From Welwitschia mirabilis (lineage: Eukaryota), in contig JBOZIK010000001.1 of NCBI GenBank assembly GCA_051453625.1, positions 12,628,630 through 12,669,696 on the forward strand: DNA of 41,067 nucleotides, in the 5' to 3' direction. Every line of letters starts with the position of its first letter. Positions within the stretch are counted from its first letter, which is position 1. The notes below the pieces were generated by a model. It did not search any database, had not been told where the DNA came from, and saw only the letters and a program-made list of their open reading frames with translations. This document shows, in pieces, positions 11,201-22,269 of the stretch. The translations under genes were made by a program, and so were the position numbers.

Positions 11201-13250
11201 TCTTTGTTGGCTTAAGGACCATAATAGACTCTTAACAAAAGATCAACTTATCAAACAAGGCATGCAAGTTTTCCCTATGTGTCCTATCTACCAGTCACAT
11301 CAGGAAGATAATCACCATCTCTTTCATAAATGCAAATGGAGTACAAGCTTATCATATTTAATAACAAGTTACTACATGATGAGATAGGAAACTACACGAT
11401 GGTAGTTGAATGGTATTTAGCTAATAATTTGGCATATTTAAGATACTTAAAATGACATAATTTTCAATAATTCCCCTTTTCCCATCCCTATTAATACTAC
11501 CAAAAGGATTCAAAGCTATCATTGAAAATTTAGATGGTAATGGACATGACTCTGATGTATGAGCTAGCAAATCCCAGCCTCTCCAAAGGTTTCCTAGAGC
11601 TTTGTGGTAAGGTGCAGGCAATGATGAAAAACCTTATTACACAACTTGAAGAAGGAGTTAAATACTAATATTGAATCCTTTTCTAGATGTTGGAAAGAAG
11701 ACAAAAATACTTTAGAACAGTTCCTATTAAGGTTACTAAGGAAATGTTAGTTTATCTACTAGAGATTTCAACAGAAGGAGAGAAGATTCCTATCAATTAT
11801 AGAAGGCAAAGAGAGGCCTTCCACTTCTTTCTTGGTGGAGTCCCTAAGCTCTATAGGTCCACATTAGTAGGAAAGCACTTCCGCCCCCTTTGGGCATGGG
11901 AGCTGAATTAGTTGATAGGTGTTTCATCTAATTAGACTATTGTACGAAACTTACTAAGTTATATTTTATTTTTCTTAAGGCCCTAGACCTAGGACATCAT
12001 ATCAATCTACCTTACTTTTTTATTCAAGCTTTGAGAAGAGAAGATACCACTTGGTACTCTGGCCTCATTATGGCCATATGGAAACCTGCGAGAGATACAA
12101 GGATAAGGAGAGTGATTCCCTTACCTCCTCCAAGGTGTAGGATAATGGAAGAGGACCAACAGCTAAGCTAAAAAAAGAAGAAAAAGTCTAAGAATGCCAG
12201 TAGTCCTTAAGAGATGCAGGAGAATAAGCAAAGTGTAACTCAAATCCAAAGGGAGGCATCTCTACCCTTAATAGTGGAAACACATGAATAGTCAGAGATG
12301 ATTTTACCTCCTAAAGAAGAGCATAAAATTATAGAGTAGGAGAAGGAGTTGGTTTTATCTAAGCAGGGCCCTCCAAGCATTTGTCAAAGAGGTCTCATTC
12401 TGAGGAGTCAGAAATACCTAAGCCAAATAAGGAGGTAGAGCCTTAAAATCATATAGATACCAATGCAGAGTAAGAACATTCAACTGTCCATGAAGACATT
12501 AATATGGAATAAGTCAAAATGGAGATCATATATGCCATAATTCAAGGGATGCAAAAATGTCCTTTTTTGGTTCTTGATATTACCCATAGAACATCATTAA
12601 GGATGATTAAATGAGCTTTCAGAAGAAGGCATTAAGACTCCACTTAGATAAGAATAAAGAAGGGGAAGAGGAGTTCAAATAAGTGAACTACAATGAAGAA
12701 GGCATTCGTTAAGGAAAGTTGTACATAGCAAGAAAGCCCAAGAAGATCACAGTGCTGGGATTTTTAGAGAAGCAATTATCAAAAGATCAGACTAATGTTA
12801 AACAAAGGGGGACCCTGCATCATAGCAAAGAAGAGGAGGTCATAGAAAGTGAAGAAATGCTAGAAGAAAAGGAATGCTAGCAAATAACAACTATCAAAGA
12901 ACACATTACATAGAGGATTAGAGGTAGTAGGTTAATTAAAGATGAAGGAGATGCACATTAGCAGATCATAACGATAATGAATAAAAAAGAATTGCAACAA
13001 TTAAAAGAGAATGAATCAAGAGGAAAAAAGGTAAAAGTTCATTGCAAGCACTGTATTGGGACTTCTAGTGAGTATATCTAAAAGAGGATTCATCTTCAGA
13101 TGCAAGGAAAAACACACAATGAGTGCCATTTTACAAAACTTAATGACCTTCAAGTTCTACATTTCTCTACTCATTTCTATGGATCACTTATGTTTATATG
13201 AAAGATAATTTAATGGACATATGTTCTATAATTTCCTTCTTTTTTTTTAA
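8222..13250 (+). mobile_element. Degenerate L1-type LINE (LINE-A): ORF2 ~8423-11530 plus extra 3' ORF ~11540-13080; outer boundaries approximate
   Basis: Endonuclease: MDWLTWNY (8423), NVYSP, WVVVSNFN, FTWSN, SRIDKIL, DH. RT: KLDIAKAYDSL (~10095), LR*GNPLFPYL (~10272), YYVDD (~10395), YLGIPL (~10601). zf-RVT: LLTKDQL...CPIY...HHLFHKC (~11230-11335). Confidence 0.9.
11540..13080 (+). pseudogene. LINE-A extra ORF3 (decayed), plant retrotransposon accessory-protein-like domain followed by an E/K-rich tail
   Basis: Fragments MTLMYELANP..., FSRCWKEDK, IKVTKEMLVYLLEISTEGEKIP, LVDRCF...KLTKLYFIFLKALDLGHHINLPYFFIQAL...YSGLIMAIW align colinearly with ORF3 of LINE-B. Confidence 0.7.
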
Positions 13251-13864
13251 ATAGAATTTCAAAAACAGAACAAATAATTGTTATTCATTCATGAAATTTA
13301 ATGAGACATAGTTCTCATCCAAAAAAATCATTTATAATTTCCTTTTAAGAAGTAATAATTTCAAATTTAATTTTTTAGAATCCAATTTCTAAGAATTTGA
13401 TCTCTTCTTACTAGTTTCAATATTATAACAAATTTATGAGGTATCTTCAAAATTTTTGAAACTTCAAAATAGGCAATTTTCGTTCTATTGAGTTAACACG
13501 TTAATTAGCATTTGAAATTTCTAAATTGTAATTATTCATTAAAATAATTAAAGGTTAATTAAAACCTAATTTAACACACTTGAATAATTGTATCTTTATA
13601 TAATTCAACATAAACTACACTAATGACTATTGATTGCTACTTTAGAATCAAAAGATTTAATGAACTTTAAATGAAGTTTACTAGTATTTCTAATTTTCCT
13701 TTGCTTTAATTCATATGCACTTCTGGATCTTATTTGCATTCCATCAAAATATCTTAGGGGTCTTGTATATATAACACGATCTTTTGGAAGACCTTAGTAA
13801 ATTTTAAATATTTTTAATTAATAAAATATTAAAACATTAACATTTCAAGCTTAGTCATACATTA

Positions 13865-16830
13865 ATGGTTCATATCCAATCTTATGTATCTAGTTTTGAT
13901 GGTAGAAGAAAGGTGCTATTTCTAAATTCAACATTAGAATCAATTATGAAAAAATAAAAATAAATATTTAACTTTGCAAAAAATAGTCATAATACCAATC
14001 CTTTACTAGATGAATGCCAAGAGAAGAATTTAATAAAATTTTATAAAAACACCTAATGTGGATGAATCTGAAAGACAAAACCTTAGCCCTTTAGAACTAG
14101 GATTTTTTCAAAAACCTAGCAAGATAATTTGGACAAATAATTAAGATTGATTTGATTACACCTAATGGGACCAAGATGTTTCTTATTAGGTTTTAGACAT
14201 AGATAGATGTTGAACTTATCAAACCATTAAAAAAATATTGAGGTAATACACGACTTTGAAGTGGACAAAGTTAAAGTAGAACATGAGAATATTTTGGATC
14301 TATGTGTCCACTATGAAGACTTTAAGCACTCAAAAAGATTTTATTTGAAACTTAAGAAACTTTTTTACGATAAATGAAAGAGGAAAGAGCTTAAAAACTC
14401 ATCTTGTTCAACAATGCAATGTTAGTTTTGTAAGAAGTTTGATTATCCCTTTAAATTCTATCATTTTAGAAAGGATAAAAGTGGATTTCAGATGGAAATA
14501 AGAACAAGGAAAGTTGAAAATAATAGTTCATCCAAAAGCAAGAATAAGAAAAAGTAAGTAAGAAGAACCAAAAGGGAAATAGGGAAAGAATCTTATCCCT
14601 CTCAAATAAGAAAAAGTCAAAAAAATAACACACCAATAATTCTTCTTCCAACAACTTTACTTCATTAAGTAACAATGATTTTAAAGGCTCATAATTAGAT
14701 TTATAATGTTCAAGTAAAGAAGAAATAATTAAGATAGAGAGGGAGAGGGAGGAAGGGAGGGAGGGAGAGGGAGGAAGAGGAAGGGTAAGAGAGATAGATA
14801 GATAGATAGATAGAGAGGAGGAGGGAAGAGTGTGGGGTGGGTGTGAGGGGAAGAGAGAGAGAGAGAGAGAGATGGGAAGATCTTAGGTAGCAAATAAATA
14901 CAAGAAAAATTATATATAAAATATTACTAATAGATTACAAGAGATCCTTTTGGAAATATCAAAAAAGAATCCTAAGAAAAAAATAATAAATGAATATTTT
15001 GAGTTAGAATATTCAAGGCATGAGAGTAGTTTCAAAACTCAAAAATTTAGAAGAATTAGTTCTCAATTAAAATATTGGTATAGCTTATTTGTAGGAAACT
15101 AAATCCAAAAAGGTAACTTTCTAATAAGCCTAAGGAGATGATGGCAAGTGGAATGGATGCCCAACTATGGAAAAGCTAGAAATCTGATAATTATTTTAAG
15201 AAAATATATAAATTACTCTAGAATAGAAATGAATTAGTGGTTTCAAATTTTTGGATTGCAAAATTAGTATCTTATTAATATTTATTATTTTGAGAACCAA
15301 GTAGAAAAAGCTAAATTATAAAAGACATTAATAAAAAATTACAAAACCAGAAATGTATCATGATTGGGAATTTTAATCAAACCCTTATGCTATATCAAAA
15401 AATGGAAGGCGGATGCTAGAATGGAACTAGTTCTTCAAAGATAAAATAATTGACTTTAAAATTAGAATTATTAGACTTACCAATACAAAAATTTCAATTC
15501 ACATGACTAACCATAGAAAATATGTTGAAAGGATATTATCTAGAATAGATAGAGTCTTTCTATCCTTAAAATTATTAAAAGAACAAGATTAAATTTTAGA
15601 AGAAGAGGAAAGATGGGATTTTGATCATAGACCCGTCTTTATTATGATTAATAAATTGCAAAAACGAAAGCCTTATTTTACTTATGAGAATACTTGACTA
15701 GAAGAAGTGGAGACCCTCTTCTTCATTGAACAATGCTAGAAGGATGATGAAATAAATCTAATTAACTCCCTATAAGAGAGTCTAAAAAGACTCAAGTATT
15801 GTTTAAAAACCTATAGAAAATGAAGAAGACTAAATTTAAAAGAAAATCTTTGAAATAAAGAAGTCAGATAGATCTAGAGGAAGAGGACCTCCATTAACAA
15901 GATTAACAAATACTTTGGAATTTTCATAGAATTAGAACTTAGGAGAAAAGTTTTTGAAAGTAAAGAGCTTGTACTAACTAAATAAAAGATGGAGCTAGAC
16001 ACTAAAAATTCTTTTTAAGCTAGTTAATAATAGGAGATAAAAAATATAATTAAAAAGAATTATTATAAGGATCAGACATATGTGAAGAATTAGGTTCTGT
16101 AAGCCTTTATAGAAACTTTGCATGAACTATGGATTAACATAATGAACCAAATCCTTTAAGTTTATGGACTAAGAAAAATATATTCAGAAATTGAAATTAA
16201 ATCAGAGTCTTATACTTGATGGTTGGATAGTGAAATTCTTCAAAAAGTACTAGAAGATAATAGAAAGGTCAGTTGAGTTAATGTTTAATAAGGCAATGTA
16301 CCTAGGGATAATTCTATCACTTGGATTAACATCCATGTGAGCATGATTCCAAAGAAATAAGAGGCTTATGAGCTTTAGAATTATATATCAATTAGTGTTT
16401 AAAATGTTATTTGTAAATATTTAGGTAAGGTATTGCTGGCAAGAATTTATCCTTTCCTACAGCAAGTAGTGAGACCAAATTAAGTAGGTCTTCTAGAAAA
16501 TAGATGTATCATAAACTAACTAATTTTTAATCACAAATTATTTCATTCAATCTAAAAGAAAAAGATAAGGCTTTATGCTTTCAAGTTAAATATTAGAAGA
16601 GCTTATGATAGTATTTCTTAGAAGTTTCTCAAACATGTCATGTCTATTAAAGGCTTCCCATAGCAATGTTTTAGCTTAATCATCCAAATGTAGTAATCAA
16701 CAAGATATAGTTTGAGATCAAATTACAACATCCATAGTTTTCTTAGTGTAGTGAAAGGGTTAAGGTAGGGGAATCCCCTTTTACCTTACTTATTCATTAT
16801 ACTATCATATGTTATCCATAACAAAATTGA
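13865..16830 (+). mobile_element. Highly degenerate L1-type LINE (LINE-C), ORF1 remnant + endonuclease + N-terminal RT, 3'-truncated
   Basis: ORF1-like MWMNL...FGQIIKIDLITP...IDVELIKPL (~14056-14230). Endonuclease: MIGNFNQ (~15360), SRIDRVFLS (~15540), DHRPV (~15622). RT: KLNIRRAYDSIS (~16583), GLR*GNPLLPYLF (~16757). Confidence 0.85.
14733..14872. repeat. Purine-rich microsatellite block: (GA)n, (GGGA)n, (GATA)n
   Basis: Directly visible. Confidence 0.9.
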
Positions 16831-18984
16831 ACTTTAATAGAACTAGTTGATGACGTAGTATCGCTCTTTTCATAAGGACAATGGAGATAGTCTACACAAG
16901 TAAGACATACAAACTTATCTAACTTGCAATTAAAGGAACTTCAAAGTGAGAATGTTAAAAGAAGAAATCAATGGGCTAGATTTAGAAATAGATGTATCAT
17001 TTAAGAACTAACTTAAATAGTTAAATATTTCAATAAATAAGAGAAATTCATTTAATGAGATAATATGAGTTCCACCTTAAGTTCTTCATAAGCCAAGTTC
17101 ATTACAACTCAAATCGTGATGCTATTATCTTATTTGCCATATTTGCCACATGAGTATCAATGAGATCCTGCTATAAGTCCATTCACCATAGCCTATTCTT
17201 AAGCATGATAATTAGGACATAACTCCCAGGAACCATCAAATGAAATCAAATCATGCAACAAAAATGTAAATAAGAAGAATTCACTTAGAAACATAAAATG
17301 ACTTAGTAATAGTGTAGCTGCATATAAAGCATTAAGTGTATGAAATGAATCACACACTAAATTAAGAAATATAAACTACTATTTTATTATAGAAATGGAA
17401 CCGTATACTGTTGCTATTATTTTTAACAATGTTGTGTTTAGAATCTTAAGTTGTCAAATGATGTTTGAAAATTTTATAAATTTCCTGAACCTTAAAACAT
17501 AAGTTTTTTTAAAAGAAACATCATTAAAAAAAGAAGTGAAATTATTGTATGAAGTGGTTTAACAAGGCCTTAAAATCTTTGAACTCAATATTACTATTGA
17601 GAGATATATAGTCGATCCAAAAAAAGAATGATGAATTGATATTATACTTCGAGAAGGTATGTATTCGAAATGACTATAGTTTGTAATATAAAGTCTGTGA
17701 GACAAGATTTCCCCCTTTATTTTTTTTGAAATGCATGTAAAATTTATACACACATTTTTTATAATAAAAAATATTCTATTTATTTCTAATTCAATAACGA
17801 ATTAATTTCCAAGAAATGAAAAAGATAGAAATGAGACTATTGCAAAATCCAAAAGTCTATCAAAATTTATGGGCTATTGTTATAAATTAGCAAAACTTGT
17901 TTGTAGAAAATGAAAAAGAATAGAATCTAACTAGACATTGGCATTACTTTCAGGTGTAAGATGTCTAAAACAATATACATATTATATGTATAAATGAAAT
18001 AAATAAAAAAAGATCAATTATGTAGTGTATAAATTGGAAACATAAAAGAAGAATAAAAACAGACATTGAAAAACAATAAGATGATGAGATTAAGATTAAA
18101 ATTTTAGTCTCTGTTTTAGCATATTTGAAATTACAAACTAATGGAAATTACATTAGTTTTTATAAACTCATAAGATTATTCTAAATTATACAAAAGAAGA
18201 TTGAAAACCTAGAAAAGGAAAATGATGTTGATGACTCTTCAGATTCCTTTGTGTCTTTTCTCCACTACTGTGTCTGTTCTTTGATGTATCTGAGATCACT
18301 TGTTAATCTCTATCTTGATGCCCCTCCTGTGTGTGACGCGTTTCTGTTCTTGTGCTGCTCTTGATGCGCTGCTGCTCTTCCACTATAATGCATGTTGCTA
18401 CTGGCATTTGCCTTCATTCCTGTTTTTTATCATTTCTTCTCTTCAAGTGTCCCTTGAATGTTACCCCGTCGTTCCTCCTAATGCTGTTTTCTGATCTTGT
18501 CACACTACTCATTTTTGTATCCCTGTTCCTTTACTGTTGTTGTGATAATGCCTCACAAATGCTTCTTCCTGAATGCTATCTCTGTTCTCCCTTCTACTAT
18601 GGTTCTCTTGCGTGTTTCTATGCTTTGCTTCTTGTTTGATGCCTGTTTTTTTATGTGCATTTCTGCTGGCCTTTTTCTGTGCTTTGCTTTTTGCTTTTCT
18701 ATTGTGCATGTCCTTTTCCCACTAATCTTCTGATCGTCTTTTGATGCATTTTGCTTCGCCCTTGATTGCGTTCACCTCCAGTGGTTGCAAGCGTTTTCTA
18801 TGTGTAATGTCCCTTTTGAGGCTTTTTTGATTCATTTTCTTCTGGTTTTCGAATGGATGGTTAGGTGAATACTATCATGTTTCATGAACCTTCATCGTTG
18901 CCAGTTCCAAAACGGTCTCGAAGCCATTGAATTCCTTATTTATGTTCTCCCCCATATTCTATTCTTTTACATGGGTGTCCACTC

Positions 18985-19451
18985 ATTAGAGAGAAGGGTG
19001 GAAAGCATGGAGTCACAATGCAGATAATTACGGAGATACTGAAATGTACAAATTTCAGTTTGCATGATTCATCCGCACCGAAAACAATCGTTAGCCACGA
19101 CTGGATAGTGTGATTAGGAGATCTCAATTTCAGACTATCGCTACAGCATTGTGAGGTGATGGCATTCATTAACCAGGAGGATTGAGAGACACTTCTTCTC
19201 TGTGACCAGTGCATTCCGATCCTTACAGTGGCATCAAGGCCAAGTCTCACAAGAGGCGACACATTCCAGCTCGGTGTGACAAGCTTCTGAGGTATGGGAA
19301 GAGTCTGCAACAGCTGTTATGCAAGAGGTTAGAGTTGAGACAGTCAGACCACAAGTCGGTGACCGCCATGTTCATGACAAAAGTCAAAGGAACCAATAGG
19401 AGAAAACTCAAAAAGAAGATGAATCTCTCCTTCAAACTCATGGAAGCTTAA
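18985..19451 (+). pseudogene. Inositol polyphosphate 5-phosphatase (plant CVP2/5PTase-like) C-terminal pseudogene fragment, apparently processed
   Basis: TEILKCTNF...PKTIVSHDWIV*LGDLNFRLSL...LLLCDQ, then SDPYSG...KRRHIPARCDKLLRYGKSLQQL...SDHKSVTAMF match the 5PTase motifs WxGDLNYR, PAWCDRIL and SDHRPV. Stops and frameshifts are present and the FPPTYKY segment is missing. Confidence 0.9.
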
Positions 19452-20359
19452 GAAGTCCTCGACAAAGGGAAAAAACATCAAGCGCCTTCATCTTCCTGAC
19501 GAATCTTGAAAATCTGATGTTAGAATAAAGGTATCAGACGCTGAACAGGACCAATCTCAACATCAACGCCATCGTCCTTCGTTAGAAGCCCAAGCTGAAT
19601 TCAAGGGGGTGAAGTTTCAGAGATGCCTTCCAGTATAAAGATGCATAAATCAAAGCGAAAGTGTTGAAGTTGATCTCATGACCATTGATTGAGAGTACTT
19701 TTTTTTTAATGTCTTCCATATTCAAATTCAATCACATATTTTTCCATGGGAGCTTGGCTGTCCCTTGGTAGGAATTCCCTTTAAATATTTTATAGAAAAC
19801 TATCACAATGAGAGGAAGTTTACCATATCTTTTGATTTGTGCAAGAGAATATTTTCTAAATTAGGCATTATCATGCTTCTTAAGACTTTGATATTACCGT
19901 TATTTACAATTTTTTAAGAGTGCACTTTTCGGATAAGAGAGAGTAAGGAAGTATGTGCTTGCATTTCACCAATTTGAAATGTATCTATGGGTTTGAGGAT
20001 ATGCAGCTTGTCTACTTTCTATTCTAGCTTATAAGAGTAATCAAAGTTGGCAACTCATGAAGGCTAATTCTATGAGAAATGTGTCATGATGCTTCTTATT
20101 CGTATGTTTAAAGATGATCCTTCTTATGTATTGATTCTGACTTTATGTAAATGACATACTAGGGAACTTGAGTTATTGGATGTATTAGCATATGCTTGCA
20201 AGAGAATGTGTCTATTGATCATAGTAATTGTTTTCAAAATCTCACTCTAATTTTTAACATGAAAAGAGAATCAACAAATAAATATTTACATACACTCATG
20301 GAAATTATACTCCTAAAGCTAATGTATGACCACTATAAGTTTCGAGTTCAACATCTCTC

Positions 20360-22259
20360 TAAAAGTTTTAATTTTGACATTCCCTTATAACATTAAGGGG
20401 TTATGATTGTGATATAAGTGAGTAAACTCATATTTGATATGAAGTGGAATTAGTACAACAATCTTTATAATAGTTAGATATTTGCATTGTTGTTAGTTAA
20501 GAAATCATTTAGCTTAGGGTTAGGATTCTAAAGAAAAGTTAGAGGCTTAATCTTTTTCATGCTAAAATGTTCATGCTGTAAATGTTGTATATATCGCTAG
20601 GGAACTTTCATATGGGAATGTCTTAATGTTACCTCTGTAGGAAGAATGACTTGGGGTTCGAAAAGAAAAGCCCAATATTTTGGTGGCATTGCTGGGAAGG
20701 TACCAGTTAGGTGAAATTTCTGCTTGAGACTTTTAGGTTAGTTGTAAATCTTATACATGAAACGTTGGATGTTGAGGAAGAAAAATAAAGGAGATGAATA
20801 GCTGATTCAAGAAAACATTCAGCAAAGGCTTTTTTCTTTCGAGGAGTAAAAGGACATTGTTCAATCCCTACCCAACCCTTTCAAGATTGTGCTTTCAGAT
20901 TCTCTGGTCTAATGGAAAGAGAGAAAAAAGGTGATCTTCATCTAAAATAGGCAGAGTCCATTCGACTTTCCATCCAGTTGCAAATTCTCTTGATAAAGAA
21001 CAGATTAAGGAAAACATCAACCACTTGAAAGCTTTGCACTTGGAGTCTTCAACCGGTCAAGGAATGAAAGATAATAAGTTGAGTTTGCAACTATGATCGA
21101 TAACCAACAGGGATGGCTGCTGCTCAGCCAAGAATTCATAGGACATTGTGTGAAGCCTTACGAAGTAGAGGCAGAGATTTCCATGACCCTATCAATTTGC
21201 TAGCAGGAAATGATGTGGAGATTAAAAATCTGTCTGCTCTACCAAAATACTCGGGGAAGGAAGAAGATGACCCCCTGTAATTTTTGTTAGATTTGGAATC
21301 ATACTTCCATACCCTGGGTAAACCAATCACCTATCGTTTGTTTTTGATGGTGTTTAAGATGGCTTTGACAAAGAACGCTCATTATTAGCTCTATAAGTTA
21401 CCTCGTCATTCCATAGCAAATCGAGAGGAAATGGAGACTGCTTTTCTTGATAGGTATCTCCTTAGGAAGAAAATAGCAGGGTTTAGAAAACACAAGGATG
21501 AAAGATTTTGTTGTTGCCTTTGAAAGATTTTTCATCTTATGTTACATGCTACCTTGTGAATGATATCAAAGATTGGAAGTTAGTGGGATATTTGTAGAAG
21601 GACTGTAGCTTCCTACTGGGCAAATGGTTGATTTTACCTGTGGGGATGATGTCGTGAATTTACCTATCCATCAGTGTTGGGCAAAGTTAGAGATTTCATA
21701 GGAGCAGAGCAAAACTTGGCAAACTAACAAGAATGACATGCCACATTACGAAAGCAATTTAGGCAAGAGCGTAGTGTGGGAATTGTTGAGGAGATGCCCA
21801 CAACAATTCAACCATTAGAAGAACCTTGAAGGAAGTAACTTTAATTCAAAAAGAGATGATAACCACTTTGGCTGAAATCAAGAATGAGAAGAAGGAAGCC
21901 TTGCCTTGAGAAGAAAGAAACCTTGCCTTCCAAGGACATAAAAACTGAGACTGAGACTGAGGAGTGCTTGTTGTGTCAAGTAGTTGATCATAATGTTGAT
22001 CACTGTCTCACCCTCCCGTTTTGTTAGAATTCAGTTTTGTAAGAAATGTTCACCTTGAAGGCTTGAACCAAACTGTACTTAGCTTTTCCTTCTAATCACC
22101 AAGACTATTTACGAGAACAAATCGGAGCAAGTTCCAGAAACCATTTTGGGTCTCGATTTTATAACAATTGGAGTGACACTTTCTCACCTATACAATAGTC
22201 TGCAAATCAGAATTATGGTGTAGCTCAAATGTGCCCTCTTTGCCTTTAAACCAGTCCAT
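20360..22259 (+). mobile_element. Athila/Tat-like Ty3/gypsy remnant: end of 5' LTR (start uncertain), PBS and degenerate gag, interrupted by LINE-B
   Basis: LPKYSGKEEDDPL...FKMALTKNAHY*LYKLPRHSIANREEMETAFLDRY (~21238-21457, retrotransposon gag). Zinc knuckle CLLCQVVDHNVDHC at 21965-22006. Confidence 0.8.
20681..20698 (+). other. Decayed primer-binding site of an Athila-like element
   Basis: TGGTGGCATTGCTGGGAA matches the Athila-type TGGCGCCGTTGCCGGGGA at 13/18, and 4 of 5 mismatches are C>T or G>A. It lies upstream of gag. Confidence 0.6.
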
Positions 22260-22269
22260 TACTATTTTT

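Noticed and set aside
18300-18733. Overlapping Leu/Phe/Cys-rich ORFs
   Set aside because: Low-complexity pyrimidine/TGC-rich tract open in several frames; no recognisable domain.
18936-19441. Minus-strand ORFs of 124 aa and 64 aa
   Set aside because: Antisense shadows of the 5-phosphatase pseudogene.
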